This document shows positions 23,001 to 38,000 of a DNA stretch of 64,000 bases, one piece after another (the first letter of the stretch is position 1; each line of letters starts with the position of its first letter). The notes beneath the pieces are model-generated. The model had not been told where the DNA came from. It searched no databases and saw only the letters and a program-made list of their open reading frames with translations. The DNA lies in NCBI GenBank assembly GCA_964276515.1, contig OZ193910.1, positions 3,596,001 through 3,660,000 on the forward strand, read 5' to 3'. A program made the translations under genes and the position numbers. Source of the DNA: Gordius albopunctatus (Eukaryota).

Positions 23001-26000
23001 GTTAAACTTTAAATTTCTTCATCAAACATGATCCAAAGCAAAAAATCTCCTTTTCCTAAAACTTCAACTTTTTAGAAATACTGTCTTTATTGTACTCCAA
23101 GAAGGGCTTTTAAGTTACTTTAAAAAATAGCGTAAAATCGAGACGTAAAAATGTAAAAAACAATTTAATAAAATTGCAGTTACTGGTCAATCTTAAATGC
23201 CTTCGTGAACTTTACCTTTTGGCGTATGAACTTTTAACGTAAACATTTGATTATCTCTTTCGAGCCGATTTGACTAAGAACTAATAGGATTCTTGATCAA
23301 TAATAATTATTAAAACTTAATCATTAGACATAAGCTTAATGTATAATTCGGTTTGTTCTACATTTCTCCGCTTAAAAGATATATGAAGTCGTTCAAATTT
23401 CATTAAAATCGTAATAATAACGCAACGGTGCCGATCAAATCGTGTAAAGCCATTTTCAATAAATAATTTCAAGATTATAAGTTTTATACAAAATCCATCA
23501 TACCTGAACATGACATAAAAAATAATTTTCCCATTTATGTCGAGCTAGTTTACTTCATATTGATTTCTCTGTATTCGGGCGTTTCGTGAGAGTAGTTGCC
23601 TCCGTCCCCGACATCGATGCAAAGGGAAGAATCACCGTTGGCTAGGTTGGGGGAATGTTGCAAAAGCAATTCATTGTACACGTTGATTGGTTTTGGGTGA
23701 ACGGACATGAGATGGGCCAAACCGCGAGCCCCGTTGACTCGCACATTGAAATCTTGCTCTTTGAGAGCCTTGAAAAATGTCGCCTGCAATTGTGGCACGA
23801 ACGCCTTCAGCGATACTTTATTCTGTATGGGCGTAAAAGTTGACATTTTCTATAATGTCTCAAAATAGGGAATGTCACTAAAATTGATTGTTCATTATAA
23901 TAACCCAACAAGTTAGACAAGACCATGAGCGTAGCCGGGGGGGGGGCAGGGAGGGGCGGCTACACCTTATAAATTCAAAAATTTGTTGTAATTTATCAAA
24001 AAAAATGCGGCACCAATTTCTTAAAAACATTTCGCCTCTCCCTAAATCATTATTGCCCCCCCCCCTTCTAATTCCAACGCTGGCTACGCCCATGGATATT
24101 ACGCCAAGACTCGCCATTTTTCGTCCAAGGTGACCTTAATTGCTTAGCAAACTAGTTTTAATTATTATTAAACAAATATATATCGGGATAATTAAAGAAG
24201 GTTGCAAATATTTTTGAGTAGTTTCTTTCCAAGCTATTCATTGAATCGGGGCATCCATAACGTTAATATAAGTGGAAAATCCAAATTCCAAAAAATTTAA
24301 AGCTTCCTTAATTATGAAATCGGTTTAGAAAGTGTGGGATCGAGATGGCTTATAAGTTAAGATGCCATATGACTGCGTTTAAACCTATAGAATTATAAAA
24401 GACTATGTTGATGGTTTTTATCAAATTTATAATTGGAAATATAAATCTCAGTTCAAAATCGGTGTAGTTGGATTGATAAAATAGGTAGAGAGAAAAGGAA
24501 CGCAATATTCGGGCAATTGCAGCCCATTTTCTAAAATAGAATATTTAGCAAATTATTTTAGAATCAAAAGTAACTTTTAATACACCTAACTCCCACAAAT
24601 AATTTGTAAGAAAAACTATGTTCGATAACGAGGGTACCTTGTACAGCAGGGCCGCGCATATTTGCAGAAGGGTCGCTTTAAAGCTCGGACTGTACCGTTG
24701 CGTTAACAACCTCAAAACCGGCCCCATAAATTTCAAGATGACCGGTTTAAGGGCCGAGGCCGGGCTAACTTTAACAAGCTCCAGCGCAGCTTGAACAGCT
24801 TGCTCTTTAACGGCGAAATCGGGGTTCAACATCCCTTTTTCCACGGCTAAGGTCCTGAGGGGAAGCAAGGCTTCTGGAAATAGCTGGAGACCGGGTAATT
24901 CTGCACAAACGTCTTTGGCTGAGGATCTGGCAAAATTCTTTAAAGCGACACAACATTCCCTAATAGCTTCTGTGTCGTCGGGATCAGAGCTTTCTTCAGA
25001 TGCTTCGCTTTCTCCATCACTAGAACTTTCATCTCCCTCGCTATCATCGTCGCGCCTAGCTTTACCAAATTTACCGGTCTTACTTGACGCGGCGGCGCCT
25101 TGCAACGGAAGTTTTAAAGCCTAGAATAAATTGGGAAAATATAAATAATAATAATAATGATTTACTAAAATTTCTAATTTTTTATCAAGGACATATAAAC
25201 ACAAACATCACAAGAAGAACCTCAATAGATAATCTCACTTCAAGCACTGAAACCCGATTTTTGTTTTGGATCATTACCTCGAAAATGATTTCCAATATGT
25301 CGCTAGTCAATCTGACAACGCGAATATCTTGGGATTTCAGGATGGGCAAGAGGGCTTTTACGCAACCCAATCGATATTCGTCAATGTCAAGATAATCGGC
25401 TCCATTAAGTAAATGCATGTGCAACATCACCAGGCCCGCTAAGCAAAGGGCATTAGGGATAGGCGCGGGGCTATCATCTGATTCTAGGGGTGTAGTATAT
25501 GCGAAGGATGGATCTAACGTTTTGAGCGAGGCGAAGACCGTTTGTTCGTAAAAATACTTTTCCGATTCCTCACTCTCGAATAATCCCAATATTTCACGAA
25601 TCGAATCTGTGGCCTTTAATATGTGGAAAATAAAAAAGATCATAAATAGTTTGCCTAGTTAAATTAGTTTTAACCCTTTTATGTTTCTAACCCCTAAACA
25701 TGTGTGCAGCAACTATTTCAATTAATGGAAAAAAATTACGTAATTGATGCAAAATGTGGCAATATTTTTCTAAAAACTTGTTAGATATAAAAATTTTAGA
25801 CGATTAAAAAGTGTAAAAATGGGTCTTTGTTATGACTAAAAAATAGGATTGCTATATTCCAAATTAAAATGTGTTTGATAAAATAATTGTGATTTTGAGT
25901 ATTAAAAAAAGACTGTATATACAGTCGTAAATAATATATATAGTTTTTAAATACAACATTGACCTAAACAGATTTCGAGATATATACACTTCCAGCAGTG

Positions 26001-29000
26001 CTTGTCTTTCAATCTCAAGCCAACCTTAATATCGTCATGAAATATTGTACAATTTCGTGTATTTTATCGCTTTTACCACAAACAATTCATATTCAAAAAC
26101 ACTTGTTGAACCTTTTCTCAATGAAATTTCATTGAAAATGGACGGTAAACATTAATAACCGAATAACTATTATATACTAATTCCCATACAATTTCCAACG
26201 CATAGGTTAACTATTTTCCAACAATTTTTTTTATTAATTTAAATAAGCAAACCATTACTTCCACACTCTCTCCTTCGCCATCTAACTCTTCACCCGCATC
26301 AGACTGGACAGACTGGACATCTTTTTCCCTTTCTCCTTTACTATCTTCACCCGAGCCCGATTCACCGGAATGCTGACTAACATCAGAGTCGTCATCAGGA
26401 CTTAGGTATAATTCCACGTCTATTTGACCGTCTTTTATCATTGCCTCCAAGGCGGCCAACATACGGGGTAGCACTTGTTCGGCATATTTGTCCAGGGATC
26501 CTTCCGACGAAAAGGCCAACAATTCGTATAGGTACGCGCATTTCGCGTAATCGGTACCCAGCTAAACATAAAGGAGAAATTGATACGTAAAAAACAGTGA
26601 ATTGCACTTTCATAGAAAAGTTTTGCCTAACTTTTTTGCACTTAAAAATTATAATTATAATAAGCACGGAAAATGGCCATACCAAAACAAATATTCCTTT
26701 TCGAAAAATGTTACAAAACATATAACCAAAAAAATTGCATGGGAAATGTCAAGGGGGGTAGGAAGGGGCGGCTGCTCCCCCTAAATTTTGAAATTTTATT
26801 AAAATAATGGCTAAGCTTTTTAAAAAAAGGATCATTTTATCCCTCCTTCCCCCCCCCTAGAAATTCAAATCATAGCTACGCCCATGTAAAATCCCAAAAA
26901 TTCTTAAATAGTTCTGACAATGGCAGAATCAGGGTATATGATATTAGAAAATATATACTGGGGAATGGTGCTAATGTTAAGTACTTTCGTTGAGCATAGA
27001 AATTTCAAATCACTTTTTTACCTATCCCCCTTAAATTTTTAAATAACCCGTTCACCTCGGGCAAATTTATCTTTTGAAAGACAAATAGCCATTTTTTTCG
27101 AAACATAGGAGTAAATAGTGTTATAAAAACGGCGAGGTTTTAGTTGGTCGATCCTTGGTTTAAGTCAACTAAACAAAAAAGGCCAAAGGTTTGGCCAAAA
27201 AACTTGGGCCTCTTAATGCGACTATAGGGCTGCTGTAATATATAATTTTACCAAGCATTTAAGAGCATATTGAAAAAATAGTGGCTCCTAATACGCAAAT
27301 TACCTTGGGTATAATGAAAGGTAGGATAGCCCTGCTTTTGAGTACGACTAATTCTTTCAGACCATCGAGTAGACCTGAGTTAGTTTCTCCCTCCTTTTCC
27401 TTGCAAATACGACATAAATGATTAATTTTATATTCGATTCCCCAAAATATTTAATTAAGTAACCTATAAACACATTACATAACTCATTGGTATAATTATT
27501 TTACAGGTTGATAACGCTTTATAGGTTAGAGCTAGCGCTAGTTCTAACTAGTGTAAGTAAGGTGACCTAAGTAAGCTTATTTAATCAAAGAAAAGACAAA
27601 CCTTATAATGAAAAAGGGCCTTATCAAGCTCAAAAGAGACTAAAAGTTGCAGATTTTTGGAAAATTAAAGCAAAAAATTATAACTCATACAAATTGTGAT
27701 AAGGTGAGATCGAAGGGAGTAACATCCATCCCTTTAATCGCTATTGTTAATTCCTCGCTATAACCAGTTTTTCTTATTTTTTTTAATTGTTTTTATATCT
27801 ATACTTTACTTCAAATCCACCGATTTTATACAATGACATTCGTGAGTAATACAATTTCTAAGGCTTATACAATCTAAGATGCCTCAAACGAGAATGGGAC
27901 ACTCACGATTTTATGCAGGAGATGGGGTATTATATTTTCGAACATCCTTTGCCCACAAACTTGGTGATATTTATCCAGAGCTTGTACCGCAGCCTCTCTA
28001 ACCGAAGGATCCTTATCCCCTAGGGCCGTACTTAGAATATGGTCGATAGCATCGTTGTACATGTTAACCTAATATCATTTAAAAGCACAAAATCATCATG
28101 TTCGTTTTCAGGGGGACAAATTTTTTTATAAATAAATAGCTTAGCATATACCCAAAAACACTTGTTATATGAAAGATGATTATTCCATTAAAGCTTAGTT
28201 GAAACCGGATGGAAAAATAGATTAGGTACTACTAAATATCACATTATTAAATTATTTATTTCATTTGGATATGTTAAAAATTAAGAAGGCCTCATATTAT
28301 AAAAATTTAATGAGTGCTCACTCTGCTAAAAACGTAATTTTAATAAAGGATTCATATTATTCTTACCCTAAGCCAATTGTTTTTATAAATTCCAATTATT
28401 CTACTCATAATTTTGGTTTTGTTAATTGATAGAAGTTTAAATATTAGCCAAGGAAACTGGTTGATACTAGCATCCTAGATAATTTGTCAAGCAAACGTAA
28501 CACATTTGCATATATATAATATTCTTAAGAGTACTCCACGATACAAAAGGATCCTATATATATCAATGATTTTACTTATTTCTACCATTTCCTCAAAATA
28601 TTGTAAAGAAAATTATAAATTAATATAAAAAAATGATTTTAACCATATCGCGAGATGCGTTTGAGAGTATCTCTTTGACGGCAAAACAAACGCCCCTCCT
28701 GATTTCGTAGGAGCTCTTATCATGGGATTCAACGAGAGATGCATCAAATCTTTGCCGGAGGATCGACAAAAACTCAGGCAAAACTCCCTCTAATTTACGC
28801 ACTACCTGTCCTATAGTCCGTCCGGCAATCTTAAATTTAACAAAAATAAAAATCAATTTTAATTTTATCACAAAATATATTAATTTTGAGTAAATATTAA
28901 GGTAATTAGGTAAATAATAGCGTTAAAATTAATTTTACCGCGTAAATATAAATATAAACACAATTTAAATCCATGGATGTATGGCGGTTCATTAATTAAA

Positions 29001-32000
29001 TAGATATACAACCTTTCCATTTACTACACCTTAATTTAGCGCTTTAAATAATTTATAATAGTCTTTAACATAACACTTTAACCCTTTAGATTTAATTATG
29101 TTTCTCAATTAAGCGATAAAAATACTTATTTAACGTTGATATTTTAAGTTTAGATTTACTAAAGTTTCGTTAAAAGATGAAAATCGTGAGACAAAATCAA
29201 CATTCTAATCGCTAAATATAATTACAAATCTTTATCTGACACATGGTCCTTGTTGTCTATTGACGAATCTGATGAATAGTTTTTTATTAATACTATTTTA
29301 TGTTCGCTTTTTGCATATTTTATGTATCAATATGCCTAATAAAAGCATTTTAAGAAAAAGAATCAACGGAGCGATTTATAATAAAAGTAAATCACTTTAT
29401 GGATATTCTCAAGTTTATATAAATCCGTTACCGATAATAAATCATAAATTTCAAAACTAAAACTATTTCTTTATAATATTATAACATTGAACGGTAGAAG
29501 AATCAATTAGCCAGCCGGCTCAACTGATTTTCTAATGCAGCACTTAAACTATCGTAAAAAATTAGAAAATTCATTATATCCCTAGAAATAGCAAAAACAA
29601 GCAACTTTAAATCGTTATTATAACACATAAAATCGCTAAATTTGCTCGTTAAACATACAAATTAAAAAAAACAATCGATTAAACTACGTTTTTGTAAAAA
29701 ATCTAGGCGAGATTTTATTAAATCAAATTATTTTTTTTGAATTATTCAAAATAAAAGTACGGTAATTAATTCTTTTTGCGTGGAAGAGATGTGAGAAAGT
29801 ATGAAGGGTATGAGTTGCGTAAGGATTTGTTTCAGCATTCGAGCGGTGTTATGAACGACGATCTTCCAAATGTGAAGAGAAGCGGCTGCTATTTCATCTC
29901 GCGTATCGCACGTACAAATGTACAGGGCTGACAATATTTTATTTTGCCGTTCCAGGCCCAGGGTTTGTGACAATACCTTATTCATTGTGCAAATGTCATA
30001 AAAGATTATTCAATCCTTACATGGGCGTAACAAGCGGGGGGGGGGACAGGGATGGAAGGGCGGCTACCCCCCCCCCCCTAAATCCAAAAATTTGTTGATG
30101 TTTATTAAAAGTATGGCTGAAATTTCAAAAAACGATTAATTTGCCACTACCTAAATCATTATTGCCCCCCCCCCAAATTACAAAGCTGGTTACGCCCATA
30201 AATCCTTATGAAAGATAAAAGCGGATTTAGTCTGAAAATAAAAAGCATGTCCATTATTTTGTTGTCCCAAGGGGCTAGGGTTTGAAACGACCGTTAATTT
30301 TGCAAAAGTAAATTCACATACCAGAATGTCGCTAAAATCTATTTAATCTAACAAAATAGTTGGTAATTTGGAAAAAAAAAATTTAAAGCTTTAACAGCGG
30401 AGATTTTGATAAGACATAAAAAATAATTTGTAATCGAATCAAATGATAAAAATTCAATTAGATTTAGAGCTTTCAATTGTTTATTGTTTACCAGATGATT
30501 CAAACACAGCTGCCTAAAATAGCTAACCGCTGATCCTTTATATATACAATTGGTGTGAAGTTAAGATAAATAAATCGGAAAAACATTCTTAAAAAACAAA
30601 AGAAAATGAACTATATTCCTAATAAAACCTTTTTGTCTCTTTAAAACCATTTTACATTTCATTCAGAATATAAACCGAGTAAAGTTATCAAGACAATAGT
30701 ATTACCTTATACATACAGATCATGTATTACAAATAATAATTATTGAGCCCCTGATTGTGCGAGACAAATAACCAAACTGCAAACATTGTTCAACTATTAA
30801 GCTCAAAACGATTGGCATTTAAATCCTTAAAATCTAGATTCCTAAAATAAATCCTTACTTCTGTGGCAGCTTCAGAAGCAAATGTTTCATCTTCTTCAGA
30901 AACTGTCGTCATTTTCCCCGTAACACCTGCACAAAAAAACATTAGTAAATCAATAATTAATAATTTTTCTATATAAATAGATTCCATTATTTTAAAATTT
31001 ATTTCATTATTTTATAGATGAAAATAAATCTTTCAAAACGCCATAGCTTTATTCACTGCAAAATATGTATAAAAAAACTTACCCAGTATATTAAACAGCA
31101 ATTCCCCTATCAATTGAACCGAGCTGTAACGTATTCTCCAATTGGGAACCAGCAAACCTCGCTCGATCTCGGGCAAGAAAGTTGACATGGTGGCTACGCT
31201 ATATATGCTTATAATGCGTTTACCAGCTTTTATACCCGTTTCTCTGACATATTCAGATTCGTCAGCCAAACCCTGAGAAAAAGCAAATTATTAATTTTTT
31301 AAATATTTTTGAGGTTTAAAGCAATCTTTAGGACAAGAATTATATATAAAGCAATGATTTTTTCCAAATATAACAAGTTTCAAAATCATCAAACCTTAAT
31401 AAAATTTAATGTAAATCTATAAAATATCATTTGCAATGTTAATTTAAGCCTTCGGGAATAAAATTATTTCTAATTTATAGCTTTAGTAAGGATCAAGAAA
31501 AATACCCACTTCTAATAAGGAATACAATGTTTATAAGAACAAAAGAGATTTTGCTTCAACAATTTTATGTTATACCATAATATAAAAATGAAATGGAAAA
31601 CACAATATGAAAAAAAATCATGGTATAAACATAGACTAGATAGAATGCTCATCAACGTTAAATAAGTGTACCAATTTTCCGCTAATTTGAAATGTGCACA
31701 AATAAGAGTAGATATAGTTTATAATAATTTTGGTTAAATAAATTGTTTATAAATGAAAAAAATATAGAACTATTTCAACATTAAAAACAGCATTTTTAAA
31801 TATATATCATTTACACAATTCATAAAAATAAAAATACTATCACGAGGTGATGTTAAAGCAATTTAGTGCCATATGGATTTCATTAAATACTCAATTCTTA
31901 AGATTCTTTTTTATTTATCAACTAATGAGAAAGGTAAATCCACTTTTTCTGTTTGAACAACGGGCTACACTGGAGAAAGAAAGAGGAGATTGTCAAATTA

Positions 32001-35000
32001 AAAATGGCGGATCTAATGGTACACATGTTTACCATACGAAACACATGACATTAGCAGTCGATCTATGTGGTAGTGTTGTAGGGACGGATGGGTTTTGCTT
32101 GGTCGGGCTCAGGGTTTAGTCGAAATTTGGAAAAAGGACGAAACCCAAAGGTGGACAAAACAAAACCCAACTGCCATGCAAGCATGTAGCCTACTATGGG
32201 TATTATTATAGAATACACGAAAAAAGCAGTAAAATATGTAGTATGCAGAGTTAAATCCCCGAATGTCACCAGTAAAAGGGAAGGCACAATTTTATCTAGG
32301 TAAGGGATGAAATCGTCTTTAAAGACGCTGGGCAAGTAGAGGAGCATAAGGAGGTAGCCATCTTTGACGGGGGATGGTAGGTTAGGGGTGTGCAAGGTTT
32401 GAATCACGTCCACTAAGATTGAATCCAATCGCGCTATACCCAATTTTTGAACCATCATACTCAAGCCTAAATTGCATGCAGTGAAATAGTGGCCAATAAA
32501 CGCGATATAGATTTGTGAGGAAACATATGACATTCAAAGCTCCAAACAGGATTTTATAGCCTTTTTATATATAGATATTTAAATAATTTATTAAACTTGT
32601 TCTAAATTTTGATGCTAATTAACATTTACTCTTTAAAAGCTCTAAAATTTGGCGTTCCCTTTTCCATGTTTTCAGTTTCACAAGAATCCATCGCATAAAT
32701 CTCTAATTATATTATCCTACATTTACCAATTTCAAAACTCCCCAATTTTCCATTATTAAAATTCGTCGGAAAAAATAAACTTTTTCCAACGCAGCCTCTG
32801 AATTAAGAATATATGTTCACAAAAAATTCATTTCGAACGCAAAACAAAAACTCCATATTAACCTTGGGCAGCGCCTGATCTATCTACGGCAGATGTTTCG
32901 GAAACGAGAGTTTTCGTAAGCCAGGCCACGAGCTGGTCAACCAAACTTTTATCAACGACACCTACCAAATTGCCTAGGGCATGCGATGCCTGACTCCTCA
33001 CTTCTGGCAAGGGGTCTACCAAACAAACTTTCATACGGGGCAACAAAGCTGGAAGATATGGTTTCACATCCTAAAAAGCCGTCATAAAACTAGATATGAC
33101 TAAATATCTAAAAGATTTAAAGTATTTACTATTTCACAAACTAAATACATATCATACATGGGCGTAGCCAGGGGGAGGGGGGCAGGGAGAGAGAGGCGGC
33201 TACCCCCCTCTAAATCCAAAAATTCAATAAAATTTCAAAAAATGATCATTTTGCCCCTCCTTAAATCATCCCCTCTAATCCCAACGCTCGCTACGCCCAT
33301 GCCATCATTAGCTAAAAAAATTTTTGATAAAAATGATATGCTTAGTTGAAGAAGGGATTGAAATGCAAGCTTAGCCGGATTAGTAAAACCTAAAAATTCT
33401 TAGTATCTTCCTAAAATTAGAATTTTGTTCATAAAAATGGTGGGAAAAACAGATAAAAGAGGCCCGATTATACACTAGTTAGAAAGCATGCTAGCCGAGT
33501 CAGTACATAAGCAAGATAAACCTAAAATATTTAAAGTGATTTTCTTCGGGAATTCCTGAAAAATCAGAATTTTGCATATGAATTGTCGCGAAATCAATTA
33601 AAAGTAGTCTTGTTATACATTAGTTTAAAATGCACGCTTAAATCGTCCCATTAAAAAACTCACGCTTTCGCTGGTTAAATCAAACATGTCAGCTAGAACG
33701 TTCAGTGCCATTCTCCTAATTTCGGAAGATCTATCTTGCATGGTCCTTTGAACGACTGGCATTAGCAGGGCTAGACTAGCTGTGTCAATGGCGTGTACGA
33801 ATAAGCGGGTACCTTACATAAACAAGAAAACGTAAAGCATAAGACTCAACAGATTTTAGTTAAAAGGAAAAGCAATTATTTTAGGCCTCAATTTAACATA
33901 AACATGCGATAAGTTCAAATAGTTGGTTACAACAAAACTTTTCCTCTAATGTTATTCATAGATATATTTTAGGGAATTGTCGAGGGTGTTAAAAAATTAT
34001 TGTAGTAAATATAATATTTTTTTAAAGTCAATACTTTAAGCTGGCTTATTAATCGAGCAATTCATTTATCGTCTTCACAATCCGCATATATTAAAGAAAT
34101 GGTTTATTTATATGAAAAATTCTGTTCTCTTGGATATCCAAATCAACTTTTCAATAATATTCTAAAAAAATGTTTTTTAACTGAAAATAAGCAAAAAAAT
34201 ATTAATGATAAAACATTTATACATTTCCCGCATCACCCATCGTTACCATTTACATTTTTAAAAAGCATTAAAAAAATTTAAGAAGTAATGATATTAATAA
34301 CATCATCATCACACAAAAACCTAATGAATCACTCTTAACAATATTACAAAATAACTATGAATCCGATTTACAGACAAATAACGTTATCTATAAAATTACT
34401 TGTAGTGATTGCAACCAGTTTTACATTGGGGAAACAAAAAGAGACTTAAGAGTTAGGCTTAAAGAACACTTGGCAGCTTTATTTCGCCCCAACGGGGTGT
34501 CTACAGGAATATCTAACCACATTTTAAAGGAAAATCATACGGCGAAACTCAAACAATCAGTTCTACTTTTTACAAAATCTTATTTTGAAAGGAAGACGTT
34601 AGAAGAGTCCTTCTTTATTAGAAGACTTAACCCCACTTTAAATGAAGATATGGGAAGAGTACCCCTCTACCCTTGGATACACACTAATTTATCACTACCA
34701 AAGAACATTCTATTTATTTTATATTTTATTTAAATCTATTTTACTTATCTGACGATGTCCTCTATGAGGACGAAATATTATATTTACTACAATAATTTTT
34801 TAACACCTTCGACAATTCCCGAAAATATATCTATGAAGAACATTAATTATGAGGGTAAAAATCTTCTTAAATATTTTCCTCTAATATTCTCAATGTTTAT
34901 CAATCAATTTTTGGTAGCCTGGTATAAGGGTATGGTGATTAAGAATGCAAATTATCTACGGGTATAAATTCCGCTTAAAATCTACAACTTAAAGGGTTAA

Positions 35001-38000
35001 AATCAAAATTACTTAAAATTATTGATTACCTATATTGTCACGGGGGTGGCGGGCAATAAAATTTATCCAAAGATGAAAAAATTTAGATATAGTAATTTTT
35101 TGGCAAAATTCCTTTTTGCGAGGAAAGGGGGAATCAGCACGTTCTTATAAAAAATATGATTATTTGGGGGACGAAACTCATTGCTGGTGCTGTAAAAAGG
35201 GCTAGGTTTTGATTGGTCTACCTATAAACATAAACAAATCAAAGGCATTTTTTGGTCTGGTTATTCTTAGTCGAAATTTGCGAAACCCGACAAGAATCTA
35301 CCGTTAGTCTTAGTAAAACCAAAGGTGGACCAAGCATAACCCAGCCGGTTTTGCGACACTACTCATTGCTACGCCGAAATTGAGAAAAAAAGCGACGTAA
35401 AAGGGGCTGTCAACCCTAATTTTCGGGTTGAACGCGGCAAACCCAGGAGTGCACCCGTTACCGAGTAAAGTTTTGAGGCAAGAAGCTGATTTAGTGTCGG
35501 GATCTTTCATAGCATCTATGAGGATGTCTACACGTTCCCTTATTTCTGGGTTTTGCATGACCGATCCTATGCTACGCAGCGCCAAGGCACCAGAATTCCG
35601 AACTTTATCGTGAGAATTCGACAAGGTGTCTACTAGCTTCGGGACTATGGTGGGCAAACAAGATGACAATTGATCTGGGGCACAATGGGACATCGAACCC
35701 AACATTTCGATAGAAGCTATACAAACGAGCAATTAAGCATGATATTTTTATTTTTCTAATTTTTGAACGCAATATCCTCTTGGACATACGAGTGTCATTA
35801 TTTCCATAGGCGTAGCCGGGGGGGGGTCAGGAAGGGGCAGATCCAAAAAATCTTTAAAATTTAATATAATTTTGGCTAAAATTTCAAAAGAATATCATTT
35901 TGCCCCCCCCTCTCATTCAAATCCTGGCTACGCCCATGATTATTTCTATTAAACGATGTTATTAGTAACATATGAAGCAAGAATTATGAGTTTGATTAAC
36001 AAAGCGTAAAATTATTTACGGTACAGGGATCAACAAAACTAGACCAAATTTTTGAGGCTAAGTTTACCTTAAACCGGCTCACTTTTTCTGCAAAACGATT
36101 GGGCAAACAACATTATTGGCCGAACCAATTGAAATTTATCGCGCCTTATTATTATCATCGAGAAGCTCGATCCGAAGATCGTATTAAATTTTGAAAGGTC
36201 TGACCAAAAGACATTCTCAATGTTATTTTCGTTTAAAAGATTGGACTAATCCGAATTAAATTTCAGAAACTACCAAAAATTCAGTACAATTATTATACCT
36301 TGGATATTTAATTTAGACTTGAAAAAGGCAAAACTCGTTATAGAATTGCTTAATACTCTTCTATGAGCTTAATTTAAGTGAGGATACTCAAAATTGAATT
36401 TGAATAAAAAGGTGAGTGAATTTAAGTGGGATGAACCAGTTTGCGTTCTCCAAGCGTCGTTGGAGAGGGCTTCTGTCAGGATCGGGATCAACAAATTGAT
36501 TCCGTGCGTGGTTAAGCAACTGGTGATGGCTTTAAAAGCATCTTGGGCCGCATCTCGCACGTACCCCAACCCATCCCCGAAACAATTTAGCAGGGTCGGC
36601 ATGAAAGATAGTGCGTACGGTTCCATTTGTTTCCCATAAATTCGCGTCAACGACTCAATAACGAACAAAGCACCTATTATTTTTTTTAAGTATATAGGAA
36701 TATTGATTGGATATTATTAATTACATATCTTGGGAGGGTGAGATAAATAAATTCAAAAAATTATGTGGTGTGTATTGAAATAAAGGGAAATAGCGATATT
36801 TATATTGATTTAAGGGAAAAGTAGCTGAAAACCAATAGAAAGTCATTAATTCTAGTCAGGATAATTGATGCTTAAGGGGTAGTAAAGTCACCTACAATGA
36901 TGTAAATTTGTTATGGTCTTAAGTTGAGGCAGGGTTTGAGGGGGACAGGAAGGGGTACCATGCCCCCCTTTATATATTTTTATAGGCTTCTTTAGCCCCT
37001 CGCTAACCCTTTCGTCGTTTATCACCATATATCAATTAACCTGATTTTAAATATTCTCCCTTTAGATTGAGTAAAATTAATAAATAGTGTCTGGGCAATC
37101 AAAGGATTAATTAGAAACTCAAGATTGCAGAAAATCTTGGTTTACTCTAGAAAATAGTTAAGACGGTGTAGTAAAACTAATTTTTTGTTTTTATTCGTAA
37201 TTATGACTTTTTGTTGTTGTAATTTTATAATTAATGGGTTGCTTCAACTACTAAACACGGACAAGGCAATGTTAAACCTTCATTTCTAACTAATTAGAAG
37301 ATCTTCATTCCTTTTACCTTCTCTGCGTCTACTATCCTTTTTATCAGCCAACGCGGTTTCGAGTCTATCGATGGAACCAAATTTTTTGATTCCAGCCAAG
37401 CCGAAACCTTTAGAGAGTCCGGCCACTCCGTAAGCAGCACCCTTTCGTACCGCAAATTTGGATTTTTCATCGATAGTGGTCGCCCAAAATTTATCGAATT
37501 GAACTTGTACCAAGGCGAAGGGCAGGCTGGGCGTTATTATGACCAAGCAACTCCCAACGGATTCTTGCACCTTAAAAAAAGAATGAAATTTTATTATTTG
37601 TGTGATATTTTAAATTTCTTTTTGGTCATTTTAAAAGAATAAACAATCAAAGTTTATTTCCAAATAATTATGTAATATATAAAATTAATGAGCCGGAATC
37701 GATTTTGGAACGAGCCTTTAATTTTTTGGTGTTAGTTATGAAATTCACGGGCCCAATCAATAAAACATCTATGTGTATAGGTGAAAGTTAATATGGAAAC
37801 TTTGTTATATACTCAACCTTGGGCGTAGCCAGAGGGTGGCAGAGAGGGGCGACTGCCTGCCTCTAAATTATAAAATAACTCAAAATATGATATAATTATG
37901 GCTAAAATTAATAAAAATTATCATTTCATCCTTCCCAGGATCATTATAGCTTCCCTTAAAATCCAATCTTAGCTACGCTCATGTAATTAAGCAATACTAA

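Noticed and set aside
23878..24133. Short G/P-rich ORFs (also 14553-14762, 33158-33349, 44646-44870, 45009-45355)
   Set aside because: Chance translations of MITE or purine-rich repeat sequence.
33361..33640. Degenerate ~140-bp tandem duplication in a GCN1 intron
   Set aside because: Old, two-copy and non-coding, with no sign of function.
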